From positions 352,001 to 416,000 of the forward strand of contig OY760505.1 in assembly GCA_963663545.1 (NCBI GenBank): a DNA stretch of 64,000 nucleotides, read 5' to 3'. Below the pieces are notes generated by a model, which saw nothing but the letters and a program-made list of their open reading frames with translations, was not told the origin of the DNA and ran no database searches. Shown piece after piece: positions 38,293 to 47,720 of this stretch. Within the stretch, counting starts at the first letter, position 1; each line of letters starts with the position of its first letter. Position numbers and translations under genes: made by a program. This stretch comes from Candidatus Delongbacteria bacterium. GTDB taxonomy: Bacteria > CAIWAD01.

Positions 38293-40875
38293 CTACTTCA
38301 ACAACAACAGGCGTTGCGTTTCAGAAGCCTCTTCTCCAAGCAACTGCACCAGGTAGATGCCGCTGCTCTGCGCGCTGCCATCGAAATACACATGGTGCTC
38401 GCCCGCAAGAAAGCGGCCTTCTGCAAGAGTCTGCACCAGTTGGCCGCTGAGGTTGTAGACCTTCAGGCTGAGGTTCTGGCTGCGCGCAGCACTGAAATGG
38501 ATCACGGTGCTTGGGTTGAAAGGGTTGGGAAATGCACTCATGGACAGGCTCTGTGGCGAACGATGCGGGGCTTCGGGAAGATCGAGGATGGTCTCGTTGC
38601 GGTACCAGGTGACGTTGCCTGCGCCCCCATCGGCGACGATGACCAGATCATTGTCGCCATCTCCATCCAGATCCAAACCTGCGGCAGTGCAAAACTCTGG
38701 TATCTGTGTTTCCAGGTAGGAGGAAAATGCAATGCTACCTGATGTTGTACTAATGAAGGCTGCAATCCCATCGGGATGAGCTTCGTAGTTCCGCTCTGAC
38801 ACTAGAAGATCGAGATGAGAATCGCCATTCAAGTCCAGCAGAACACCCCACTGCGGATCCATTCCGTATGTGCCTCCGATCCAATAACGATCGAAGTCTC
38901 CGCTCTCCTCCTGCCAGCTGTAAACTGAATAATCAGCACAAGAAAACGGGTCCCCATAAGGATCGAGCCCATAATAGAAACTCAGTACAAGCACATCTTC
39001 TTTACCATTGTCATCGAAATCCGCGACTTGCAATACAGGAACAGGACATCCCCTTGACCGGAGGATTCGGGTTTCGCTGAACTGGCTGCCCCCGTCCAGG
39101 TTTTCCTTCCAACAGACACCACTGAACTCTGGATACCCAGTAGATATAATCGAGTACACCAGGTCGTCATCGTGGTCTCCGTCCAGATCAGCGAATAGAG
39201 TTTTGCTCATAGCAAGACCTTCGAAAGCAGCTGGTACGTCAGCTTCGACAAACTCCCCGTCCTGCTGCAGAAAGAAGCGGTAGTCCGGACCGGAGGAATA
39301 CAACAGCAAATCGGCCAATCCATCACCGTTGAAGTCTGGCATTTTGACTTGATCAACACTGGTATCCAAATTGAGCATGATGCTTTCCTGCGGAAAGCCG
39401 ACCTCGCCGGCCAGCTGCTCCAGAAGTATCAAATCCTTGGTGTAAATGTCCTGGGCCAAGAAGTCGCCCTGCCTATCTCCGTTAACATCTATATAATCAA
39501 TAACATCGATTCCTTGTTTGATCAGAATCGGGTCTTCAAGGAGACTCCACGAATTCCTGTTCAGATGATACTGAATAGTACAACTCTCACGCGCATAGGA
39601 AATACAATCCGGATCGCCATCTCCATCGATGTCATCAAAGTAAACGGCAGCTATTGGCTGGATAACTTCACTGATCTCTACTCTCAAATACGAAACCGGC
39701 GCATTTGCCGACCTGATGTATACTTGTAGGCCCTCCTGACAGGCGGTGACAAAGTCGTCGATCCTATCATAATTGAGGTCACGAAAGCACAGCGATCGAC
39801 ATTCATATATGTCTGTCACCAAGTACTCCGGAGTTCCAAAGCTGCCGCCCTCGTTCCAGCTCACCATCAGTCCATAGCAGTCAGTGGCATCCGACAGGGC
39901 CAGGTCAAGATCTCCATCGCCATCCAGATCCCGTGGTTCAATCACTCGAAAAGCCCTGTTGGGGCTGATTTCCACCGGAGCAGCGTACTGGAAAGGACTG
40001 TTTACACTACGGTGAAGGAACGTGAACTCAGCTCGGGACGAATACTCTCTCCCCGAGCTCAGTAGATCGGGACATCCATCGCCATTCACATCTGCAACCG
40101 ATGCGCCATAGATTCTGGAGCCTTCATATGAATACGCAAGACTGAAGCTTCCGCTGCCATTCGTGTTTTCTATGACATACAATCCACGATTACTGTCATT
40201 GCAGCTCACAACCAGATCCAAATCGCCATCATTGTCCATATCAGCGGCAATGTGGCGACTCGCCAAACTTGAAAAAGCCGGTCCCGAGCCAGAAGGTGTA
40301 AACTCGCCCGTGGCAGAACCAAAACACACTCCCAATTGATAGTCCGTCAGGTGATAGAAGCCTGCAAGATCAGCGACACCGTCTCCGTTGAAATCAGCGA
40401 TCACCGTAGTGATGAAGTAGTCGGGGACACCAGGTAGCGGCGCACGGTCTTCAAAACTGATTCCGCCCACCGAAGTGGTGTTCTGCAGCCATCGCGTACC
40501 CTGGTTCGTACCAATGACGATATCCAAGTCTCCATCCTGATCAATATCCCCGGTCAAGAATTTCTGGACATCATTCGCTGGTGTTCCAATGAGCCCACGT
40601 ATATAGTCTACGGTACTATTGGGATTGACGTGACGCTCGTACCAACACACTTCGCCGCCTTGCTCTAATGACAGAAAGTCGTAATCACCATCACCGTCCA
40701 GATCCACTGGTGTTGCAAACAAGGCAACATGAGGTCCACTGACTGCTGGGGTCAAGGGAAAGGGACCTGAGTACTCCGGCCATTGCGCCTGCGCCGTCTG
40801 CAACAGCAGCAAACAAAGCCCACCCACGATTGTCCAGAAAGGAATCGATCGATGACAACACCGGCTGCTGTTCAT
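38293..40875 (-). CDS. FG-GAP/VCBS repeat secreted protein with T9SS-like CTD
   Basis: DLDGDGD repeats and the PNPFNP CTD; probable ATG 40875 after GGGAGG. Confidence 0.88.
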   Translation of the reverse strand: MNSSRCCHRSIPFWTIVGGLCLLLLQTAQAQWPEYSGPFPLTPAVSGPHVALFATPVDLDGDGDYDFLSLEQGGEVCWYERHVNPNSTVDYIRGLIGTPANDVQKFLTGDIDQDGDLDIVIGTNQGTRWLQNTTSVGGISFEDRAPLPGVPDYFITTVIADFNGDGVADLAGFYHLTDYQLGVCFGSATGEFTPSGSGPAFSSLASRHIAADMDNDGDLDLVVSCNDSNRGLYVIENTNGSGSFSLAYSYEGSRIYGASVADVNGDGCPDLLSSGREYSSRAEFTFLHRSVNSPFQYAAPVEISPNRAFRVIEPRDLDGDGDLDLALSDATDCYGLMVSWNEGGSFGTPEYLVTDIYECRSLCFRDLNYDRIDDFVTACQEGLQVYIRSANAPVSYLRVEISEVIQPIAAVYFDDIDGDGDPDCISYARESCTIQYHLNRNSWSLLEDPILIKQGIDVIDYIDVNGDRQGDFLAQDIYTKDLILLEQLAGEVGFPQESIMLNLDTSVDQVKMPDFNGDGLADLLLYSSGPDYRFFLQQDGEFVEADVPAAFEGLAMSKTLFADLDGDHDDDLVYSIISTGYPEFSGVCWKENLDGGSQFSETRILRSRGCPVPVLQVADFDDNGKEDVLVLSFYYGLDPYGDPFSCADYSVYSWQEESGDFDRYWIGGTYGMDPQWGVLLDLNGDSHLDLLVSERNYEAHPDGIAAFISTTSGSIAFSSYLETQIPEFCTAAGLDLDGDGDNDLVIVADGGAGNVTWYRNETILDLPEAPHRSPQSLSMSAFPNPFNPSTVIHFSAARSQNLSLKVYNLSGQLVQTLAEGRFLAGEHHVYFDGSAQSSGIYLVQLLGEEASETQRLLLLK

Positions 40876-40970
40876 TGTGCCCTCCCCACGGCCCAAGGCC
40901 TGTGCATTGAAAAGTGTGATGTGCTGTCGTCCATAGTAGGGTTTTCGCTGCGGGAATGGAAGGGATTTTC

Positions 40971-41095
40971 GTGACACAAAAGAAAAGGCCGGATCGCGCC
41001 GGCCATTTCTTTTGTGTCACGATGATCATGCTAATGTGGCTTTTGGGATAGGCCACTCTCCGATAGCGATCCGACTCTGAAGGAGTCGGCACCGA
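40971..41095. repeat. 125-bp direct repeat, copy 2, containing a 22-bp-arm inverted repeat
   Basis: GTGACACAAAAGAAAAGGCCGG-ATCGCG-CCGGCCATTTCTTTTGTGTCAC, then CCGACTC-TGAAG-GAGTCGG. Confidence 0.92.
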
Positions 41096-41100
41096 CAAAG

Positions 41101-42420
41101 CTAGGCTTCTGGATGGTCCAGCGCGAACGCCGCGAGACGCTCCTCCATTTCGGCAAAGCGCGAAGCATCGGTGAAGCTCACGCAGGCGCGCAGGCCCTCG
41201 CTGCGGGTCGATCCGGTGATCTGCAGGGTGATCATGCTCACACCGTAACGCAGCAGTTCCAGCAGCAGCTCGGGACCGTCGAAGCCCGGATAGCTGACGG
41301 TGAAGTAGAAGCCGTCGCCGATGGGCTCGCCCAGGTCGTTGTCGTAGACCAGCTTGAAGCCGTGACGCAAGAAGCACTCCTTGAGCCACTTGGCGCGCCC
41401 GGAATACTCCTCCACATTCTTGCGGAAACTGGTCTCGCCCTCGCAGGCAGCATTTAGCAGCGCGGCCAGACCGTATTGCCCGCCGTGATTCACGCCCGCC
41501 GTCGAGCTGTAGATGCCGCCGTGGATGAAGGCGTGTAGGAAATGCGTGGTGGCGTAGTGTTCCTCCAGGGCGGGGAAGCGGCGATGGGCCAGCTCAGGCG
41601 CAATGGCCAGCACGCCCACACGGCTGCCAGCGAAGCTGAAGAGCTTGGAGCCGGAGAGCAGCATCACCCAGTTCTTGCCCTTGTGCGCCACCGTCGGCAC
41701 GTAGGGCTCGCGACCGGGCGTCAGATAGTCTTGGCGCAGATCCATGCCGAAGTAGGCCATGTCCTCGATGAGTAGCACGTCATGCTTGTTGCTCACCTCC
41801 GCCAGCCCGTCCAGCTCTTCCTGCGTGAGACAGACCCAGGCCGGATTGTTGGGTGAGGACCAGATCACGCTGCCGATGTGCCCCTGTGACACGCGGCGCT
41901 CCACCTCGCGCACTAGCTTCTCGCCACGGAAATCGTAGAAGTCGACGCTCTCGGCCTTCAGCCCGAAAAAGCGCGCCTGCAGCCTGTTTACCGGAAAGCC
42001 GGGATCCAGGAAGAGCACCGTATCACGGCCGGGCAGCATGCGCACGCCCAAAACCTGTGATACAAATCCGCCCTGCATGGCGCCGCAGGTGGGAATGATC
42101 ACTTCCGGCGGCAGTTCGATGTTGAGGAAATCCTTGATGAAGCGGACGCCCGCCTGCTTCAGTTCGGGAATGCCGTCGAAGGGCGGATAGATGCGCTGAC
42201 TGTCGCACTCGCGAATGGCGCGGCACTCTGCTTCAATGGCCACTTGGGGCGTTGGCAAATTGGGAATGCCGAACTCCATGCGAATGAAGCGCAGCTTGGC
42301 GGCCTCCTCCAGGTCATTGGCCAGCTTGACCAGCTCACGAATTGCCAGGCGGCGTGGGTTGAAGCCCAGGTGGTTCAGGCACTGGGTAATCAGCTCTGCA
42401 GGTAGCGGTTGAAAACTCAT
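41101..42420 (-). CDS. PLP-dependent aminotransferase, class I/II
   Basis: SSPNNPAW, EDMAY and S.SKLFSFAG.RVG (PLP lysine). Confidence 0.88.
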   Translation of the reverse strand: MSFQPLPAELITQCLNHLGFNPRRLAIRELVKLANDLEEAAKLRFIRMEFGIPNLPTPQVAIEAECRAIRECDSQRIYPPFDGIPELKQAGVRFIKDFLNIELPPEVIIPTCGAMQGGFVSQVLGVRMLPGRDTVLFLDPGFPVNRLQARFFGLKAESVDFYDFRGEKLVREVERRVSQGHIGSVIWSSPNNPAWVCLTQEELDGLAEVSNKHDVLLIEDMAYFGMDLRQDYLTPGREPYVPTVAHKGKNWVMLLSGSKLFSFAGSRVGVLAIAPELAHRRFPALEEHYATTHFLHAFIHGGIYSSTAGVNHGGQYGLAALLNAACEGETSFRKNVEEYSGRAKWLKECFLRHGFKLVYDNDLGEPIGDGFYFTVSYPGFDGPELLLELLRYGVSMITLQITGSTRSEGLRACVSFTDASRFAEMEERLAAFALDHPEA

Positions 42421-42438
42421 GCGTCGCCTCCGCTCGAT

Positions 42439-43086
42439 CTATTGTGGGTCTGCGTTCGTCATCATGATCTGGATTTCAGCCAGTACGCGGTCAGCCACTC
42501 GCTGGTAGGCGGCTGCTTTTCCTCCCTCGACAGCCTGATCCTCCAGAATGGCGCGGATCTCCTTAGCAGGAATGGGATGCCCGTACTCCAGCAGCAAGCT
42601 CGGGCGATGGCGCAGGAAGCGCGCCTTCTGTCGTGATCCAAGTACCAGGACCGGCAGAATGTCGCAGTTGCAGCTGGCGGCCAGCATACCTACACCGGCA
42701 CGCGCTTTCCCCAGCTTGCCGTCACGACTGCGGGTTCCTTCAGGAAAGACCAGCAGGTTGCGACCTTCCTTGAGCAGCCCGGCCAGCCGATTCATCGCCT
42801 TGCGATCGCTGCCTTCGCGGTCAATGGGAATCGCATTGAAGTAGCGTATCACGGCACCCAGAAAGCGGTTTTCGAAAAGCTGGCGCTTGGCCACGATAAA
42901 CAACTCCACCGGCAGCCAGCTGCCTACCAGCGGTGGATCGAAATTGGACTGGTGATTGGAAGCCACAATCAGCTGTCTGTCTCGCGGCACGCGTTCGCGA
43001 CCACGCACGTCGACGGCGAACAGGCAGCGTATCACGAGTCGCAGTACGCCCTGCGCAAAGTAGTACGTGGGGCGGCGACGGCTCAC
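42439..43086 (-). CDS. plsC: 1-acyl-sn-glycerol-3-phosphate acyltransferase
   Basis: NHQSNFD and FPEGTRS; GTG 43086 overlaps the cmk stop. Confidence 0.9.
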   Translation of the reverse strand: MSRRRPTYYFAQGVLRLVIRCLFAVDVRGRERVPRDRQLIVASNHQSNFDPPLVGSWLPVELFIVAKRQLFENRFLGAVIRYFNAIPIDREGSDRKAMNRLAGLLKEGRNLLVFPEGTRSRDGKLGKARAGVGMLAASCNCDILPVLVLGSRQKARFLRHRPSLLLEYGHPIPAKEIRAILEDQAVEGGKAAAYQRVADRVLAEIQIMMTNADPQ

Positions 43087-43757
43087 GGATTCTGCTCCAA
43101 CTCTTCGCGTACTCGTGACACGATCCAATGAACCTGCTGCTCGATGCTCAGTCCGGTGGTATCCAGCTCCACTGCATCCACAGCCTTTTTCAACGGCCCC
43201 ACTTCGCGAGTGGAATCGATATGGTCGCGGCGAGCGATCTCATCCATCAGCTGCTGCAGGCTTACACTCTGGCCGCGCTCGCTCAACTCGCGCTGGCGTC
43301 GCAGAGCGCGCTCCTCCAAGCTTGCCACCAGGAAAAATTTGAAGCGCGCGTCGGGAAAGACCACTGTGCCGATGTCGCGTCCGTCTACAATTGTAGCACG
43401 ACGGCTTCCCAGTTCACGCTGGAAGAGTACCATGTACTCGCGCACATCGGCCATGGTGCACAGCGGACCCATCACTCGTGATACTCGATTCTCACGAATG
43501 CGCTCGCTCACATCCGTATCACCTAGACGCACACAGGTTCCCTCGATCGTGAGCTGCAGAGTTTTCAACAGCGGCACAACGGCTTCTGCACGAGCAGGGT
43601 CGGCGCCGTGATCCAGCACATGCAGCGTGAAAGCGCGGTACATCGCGCCCGTATCGAGGTACTGAATCCCCAGCTCCTTGGCGACCGCCTTGGCCGTGGT
43701 GCTCTTGCCCGAAGCTGCCGGTCCGTCCAGAGCGATCTGGTAGATGTCCTGTGTCAC
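43083..43757 (-). CDS. cmk: Cytidylate kinase
   Basis: DGPAASGKST, LDTGAMYRA, DGRDIGTVVFPDA. Confidence 0.96.
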   Translation of the reverse strand: MTQDIYQIALDGPAASGKSTTAKAVAKELGIQYLDTGAMYRAFTLHVLDHGADPARAEAVVPLLKTLQLTIEGTCVRLGDTDVSERIRENRVSRVMGPLCTMADVREYMVLFQRELGSRRATIVDGRDIGTVVFPDARFKFFLVASLEERALRRQRELSERGQSVSLQQLMDEIARRDHIDSTREVGPLKKAVDAVELDTTGLSIEQQVHWIVSRVREELEQNP

Positions 43758-45424
43758 GCCTTCTTCCTTCCGGTGCCACGCTCTTTGCCGCGAGTACCCT
43801 GGCGCGGACGATCCGGTTTGGCGGAATACTCGCCGGGAGTTCGCTGTCCGCGCTTGGCTCCGCTATCGCGCTCCTTGCCACGTGTCTCACGGCTCGGACG
43901 ATCCGGTTTGGCGGAATACTCGCCGGGAGTTCGCTGTCCGCGTTTGGCTCCGCTGTCGCGCTCCTTGCCACGTGTCTCACGGCTCGGACGATCCGGTTTG
44001 GCGAAATACTCGCCGGGAGTTCGCTGTCCACGCTTGGCTCCGCTGTCGCGCTCCTTGCCACGTGTCTCACGGCTCGGACGATCCGGTTTGGCGGAATACT
44101 CGCCGGGAGTTCGCTGTCCACGCTTGGCTCCGCTGTCGCGCTCCTTGCCACGTGTCTCACGGCTCGGACGATCCGGTTTGGCGGAATACTCGCCGGGAGT
44201 TCGCTGTCCGCGCTTGGCTCCGCTGTCGCGCTCCTTGCCACGTGTCTCACGGCTCGGACGATCCGGTTTGGCGGAATACTCGCCGGGAGTTCGCTGTCCA
44301 CGCTTGGCGGTCTTGCGTCCTGTATCACGGGAGTCGCTCGGACGCGATCCCCGGCCGGAGCGACCCGATCCGGGGTTTCTACTCTCTGCAGTCTCCTCAT
44401 CTCGATTCCGCACTTCGCCGCCACGTGTGTTAGGTGATACGGATGATCGTGATCCACGCTTCATCCTGTCAGAGAAAGGCGCAGCTGCTTCCTTTGCCGG
44501 AGTGCTGCGCTTGCGTGCTTCGCGATGTTCTGCATCACGCTTCGCATCGGCAATGGCGATTTCGGCTTCGTCCCTGAATCTGCGCGCGGATTTGGGCTTG
44601 GCAGCGCGATAGGCGGCAGACTTCTTTGTGGACTGTTTCTCTACACGCGCAGGCTTGATCAGCCCAGTGGCACCTTCTTGTTGCGCACGCGCTCGCTCAC
44701 TCAGGTTCTCCTCGCGTGTCATTTGGGCTTCACGCTTCAAACGCAGCACTTCGGCTCCGCTGAGAATGCGCCACTGGCCGGGTTCCAGGTCGCTGATGCC
44801 CATGCCACCGATGGTGCGCCGGGTCAGTCGCTTGACCTTGACATCCAGGCTGCCCATCATGCGACGGATCTGCCGGTTGCGACCTTCACGCAGGGTAATG
44901 ATGTAACGCGGCCGTCCGCGCCCGACGCGTTCGATGTCAGCAGGTTTGGTGCGGCTGCCATCCAGCTTGATGCCGCGCTGAAAGCGGCCGAGTTCGATTT
45001 CCGTCAACTCACGGTCGGTGAGCACCAGATAGGTCTTCTCCACGTGGCTGCTAGGATGTGCCAGCAGTTGGGCCAGCTCACCGTCGCTGGTCATCAACAG
45101 CGCGCCGTTGCTCTCCTTGTCGAGGCGCCCGATGGGAAACACTCGCTGCGGCAGTTCCACCAGGTCGCGCACAGTTTTGCGTCCGTGGGTGTCCTGCATC
45201 GTGGTCACGACGCCGCGCGGCTTGTTGAGCAGTATGGTAATGTGCTTCTCGGTAATCTCCACGACGCGACCGCGCACCGTGATGTGATCCTCGACGGTGT
45301 TCACCTGCGATCCAGGCGAAGTACAAACAGCTCCATTCACGCGTACTACGCCCGACAGTACCAGTTCATCCGCGGCACGACGGCTGCAGACGCCACAACG
45401 GGCGAGGTACTGATTGATTCTCAT
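43754..45424 (-). CDS. rluB: 23S rRNA pseudouridine synthase (RluB/RsuA family) with long basic C-terminal tail
   Basis: S4 domain, GRLD, EGRNRQIRRM; located downstream of scpAB. Confidence 0.85.
   Translation of the reverse strand: MRINQYLARCGVCSRRAADELVLSGVVRVNGAVCTSPGSQVNTVEDHITVRGRVVEITEKHITILLNKPRGVVTTMQDTHGRKTVRDLVELPQRVFPIGRLDKESNGALLMTSDGELAQLLAHPSSHVEKTYLVLTDRELTEIELGRFQRGIKLDGSRTKPADIERVGRGRPRYIITLREGRNRQIRRMMGSLDVKVKRLTRRTIGGMGISDLEPGQWRILSGAEVLRLKREAQMTREENLSERARAQQEGATGLIKPARVEKQSTKKSAAYRAAKPKSARRFRDEAEIAIADAKRDAEHREARKRSTPAKEAAAPFSDRMKRGSRSSVSPNTRGGEVRNRDEETAESRNPGSGRSGRGSRPSDSRDTGRKTAKRGQRTPGEYSAKPDRPSRETRGKERDSGAKRGQRTPGEYSAKPDRPSRETRGKERDSGAKRGQRTPGEYSAKPDRPSRETRGKERDSGAKRGQRTPGEYFAKPDRPSRETRGKERDSGAKRGQRTPGEYSAKPDRPSRETRGKERDSGAKRGQRTPGEYSAKPDRPRQGTRGKERGTGRKKA
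43779..44308 (-). repeat. Coding tandem repeat, about 6 x 90 bp
   Basis: ATCCGGTTTG recurs at 43811, 43901, 43991, 44081, 44171 and 44261; unit encodes AKRGQRTPGEYSAKPDRPSRETRGKERDSG. Confidence 0.97.
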
Positions 45425-46518
45425 GTAGTCCTTCTTTCCAGGGAGGAATCCGCCTCGTGATCCGTTGTCGGCGGGATATGGTTGTGGACCTGTGATACAT
45501 CATCATACTCATCAACCAGAGGGGAATCCTGTGTCACAGATGAATGCGCCACGCTCTCGTCCTCGCTCGATTCCTCTGGTACAGCAGACACGCCTTCGTC
45601 AATAGGCGCGTCGTCACGTTTATCGCGACTTGGATCCACGGGAAAATCACTTGGATCAGCTTCCATGGAGTCTCCCTGTATCACGCCGGAGGAATCCTTC
45701 TCCTCGTCGACGGGATTCCGCTCCCCCAGCAGCTCTGGCGGCAGATCCTCATCACCGTGATCGCGTCCCTTCAGCAGGTCCTTGATCTCTTTCAATCGCG
45801 GCAAATCATCCAGCGCGCGCAGACCGAAGTACTCCAGAAACTCGCGTGTAGTACGGTAGAGCAAAGGGCGGCCAACGGCATCACTGCGGCCACCAATCTC
45901 CACAAGTTTGCGATCCAGCAGAGTGCGTATCACGCCGTCCGCCTTGACACCACGAATAGCTTCGATCTCGGTTTTGGTCAGCGGCTGTTTGTAGGCCACC
46001 ACAGCCAAAGTCTCGAGGGCCGCACGGGACAGTCGCTGCTTGACTCGCGTCTTCAGCAGCTTGCGCAACAGCTCGCCGTAACGACGTCGGCTGACCAGCT
46101 GCACTCCGCCCGCCAGTTCGCGCAGAGTAAAGGCGCGCCCCTGCTCCTCGTAATCGCGGTTCAGGGCTTCAATAGCCTCGCGCACATCTTCTGGAAAGCA
46201 GCCCAGGACCGCAGCCAGGCCCTCAACCGAAAGCACTTCCTCGCTACCGAACAGCAGCGCCTCTACCAGATCGCGTCCATCTTCGTGCATGGCCGAGCCC
46301 AGCAGTTGAGTGGCGGCCACTTCACGCAAAAAAACGGCGGGCAGGTTTTCTTCGGCATCTTCAACGGAAGCAGCCATTTCCTCTTCCGCAAAAAGATCCT
46401 CTTCAGCCTGCGCCCGCGCCTGCTTTCCGTCGTCCTCCACCGGGCCCGTGCCACCACCAACGGCCTGCGACTCCGGCTCATCTGCTGATCGTCTCAGCAT
46501 GCTGATTTCCTCATTCAT
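45421..46518 (-). CDS. scpB: SMC-Scp complex subunit ScpB with acidic extensions
   Basis: LSRAALETLAVVAYKQP.T..EIEAIRGV and GRP.LY.TT.EFLEYFGL. Confidence 0.93.
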   Translation of the reverse strand: MNEEISMLRRSADEPESQAVGGGTGPVEDDGKQARAQAEEDLFAEEEMAASVEDAEENLPAVFLREVAATQLLGSAMHEDGRDLVEALLFGSEEVLSVEGLAAVLGCFPEDVREAIEALNRDYEEQGRAFTLRELAGGVQLVSRRRYGELLRKLLKTRVKQRLSRAALETLAVVAYKQPLTKTEIEAIRGVKADGVIRTLLDRKLVEIGGRSDAVGRPLLYRTTREFLEYFGLRALDDLPRLKEIKDLLKGRDHGDEDLPPELLGERNPVDEEKDSSGVIQGDSMEADPSDFPVDPSRDKRDDAPIDEGVSAVPEESSEDESVAHSSVTQDSPLVDEYDDVSQVHNHIPPTTDHEADSSLERRTT

Positions 46519-46536
46519 GCGTTTGTATCACGGCGC

Positions 46537-47292
46537 CTAAGCGCTCTCGCGCAGCATGCGCAGCCAGTCGTCAAGTTGGCTCGGATCAAAAAGCCAGATC
46601 TCGCTACGCGGATTGTGCTGGCGTGCAATCACCTCCTGGTGACGCGCCAGATCCAGAACAGCCAGGAAACTGACCACCATCAGATTGCGATCCTCCGGGT
46701 CGTCAATGACGCGGCCCAACGGAAAACACGCCTGCTCGCGTAGACGGTCACGAATGCTGCGAATCTGATCCTCAACCGTGAAGCGGAAGAGTTCCACATC
46801 GTGTGTCACAACACCGCGGGGACGCTCCTGCATCTCGGCAAAGCAGCAGGCCAGATCGAAGAGACTGACGTCCTGCAGGCTTTCATCGCGGGTTTCAGGC
46901 TCCACCCAATCCAGATTGAAATAGCGGCGTGGATGGATGCCGCGCATCTCGTGCTCAAGATCCTGCAATCGCTCGCTGATTTCACGGAACTGGCGGTACT
47001 CCAGCAGCCGCTCGACGAGCTCGCGGCGCGGATCTTCGGATTCTTCCTCCTGCTGCTGTTCGCGCGGCAGTAACATGCGCGCCTTGATCTGCAGCAGGGT
47101 GGCCGACATCAGAATGAAATCGCCAGCCAGATCCAGATCCACTTCGTCGATCTGCTCCATGTACTGCAGGTACTGGCGCGTGATGGCAACGATGGGAATG
47201 TCATAGATGTCGATCTCGTTCTCTCGAATGAGAAAGAGCAGCAGATCGAGCGGACCTTCGAAGTCCTGCAACATGACTTTGTACGCGGGCAC
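46537..47292 (-). CDS. scpA: Segregation and condensation protein A
   Basis: FEGPLDLLLFLI, DPRRELVERLLEY; GTG 47292 after GGAGG. Confidence 0.93.
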   Translation of the reverse strand: MPAYKVMLQDFEGPLDLLLFLIRENEIDIYDIPIVAITRQYLQYMEQIDEVDLDLAGDFILMSATLLQIKARMLLPREQQQEEESEDPRRELVERLLEYRQFREISERLQDLEHEMRGIHPRRYFNLDWVEPETRDESLQDVSLFDLACCFAEMQERPRGVVTHDVELFRFTVEDQIRSIRDRLREQACFPLGRVIDDPEDRNLMVVSFLAVLDLARHQEVIARQHNPRSEIWLFDPSQLDDWLRMLRESA

Positions 47293-47474
47293 ACGGCCTC
47301 CAAATTCCTTGACCGGGCAAGGTAGCAAACCCATCCACATGCGACCAGTGCTGCTTGATATTGGTCGATATCAACAAGTGTACGTCAACCAAATCACTGC
47401 TCATATAAACCACTCCTGCTTCGTACGCGAGCAGGATCGGCCCAAGTCAAAGCTAATCCTCGACGATGTCCCGA

Positions 47475-47490
47475 TTGGCATAGGGCTTGC
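47475..47490 (+). promoter_or_regulatory. Sigma-54 promoter for a small + strand ORF
   Basis: TTGGCATA-GGGC-TTGC with GG-N10-GC spacing. Confidence 0.65.
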
Positions 47491-47516
47491 CCCATGCCAT
47501 AAAAAAGGAGAGCCTC

Positions 47517-47684
47517 ATGCGACGCAATTACGAAAGCGAGAATGCAGATGCGGCCCTGTGGATGGAAGAGGAATGGGCCCTCAGTCGGCGCGATCTGTGG
47601 CGCACGGGCTTTCATTATCTGCTTTGCTGTATTGTGGCGCCTCTGGTTGTCGGGCTGAGTCTGCATCAGCTGTTTCTTGGCTGA
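47517..47684 (+). CDS. Small (55 aa) single-TM protein
   Basis: RBS AAGGAG, ATG 47517, hydrophobic C-terminus and an upstream sigma-54 motif. Confidence 0.6.
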   Translation: MRRNYESENADAALWMEEEWALSRRDLWRTGFHYLLCCIVAPLVVGLSLHQLFLG

Positions 47685-47720
47685 AGAGCATCTCGGTCGA
47701 TGCTTGGCGCTTTAGTGCCG

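Noticed and set aside
11525-41095. Integron attC sites for the repeated hairpins
   Set aside because: No consistent RYYYAAC/GTTRRRY boundaries and no integrase; the units carry their own promoters.
43779-44308. Regular repeats resembling a CRISPR array
   Set aside because: No unique spacers; the 90-bp unit is in frame inside rluB, and there are no cas genes.
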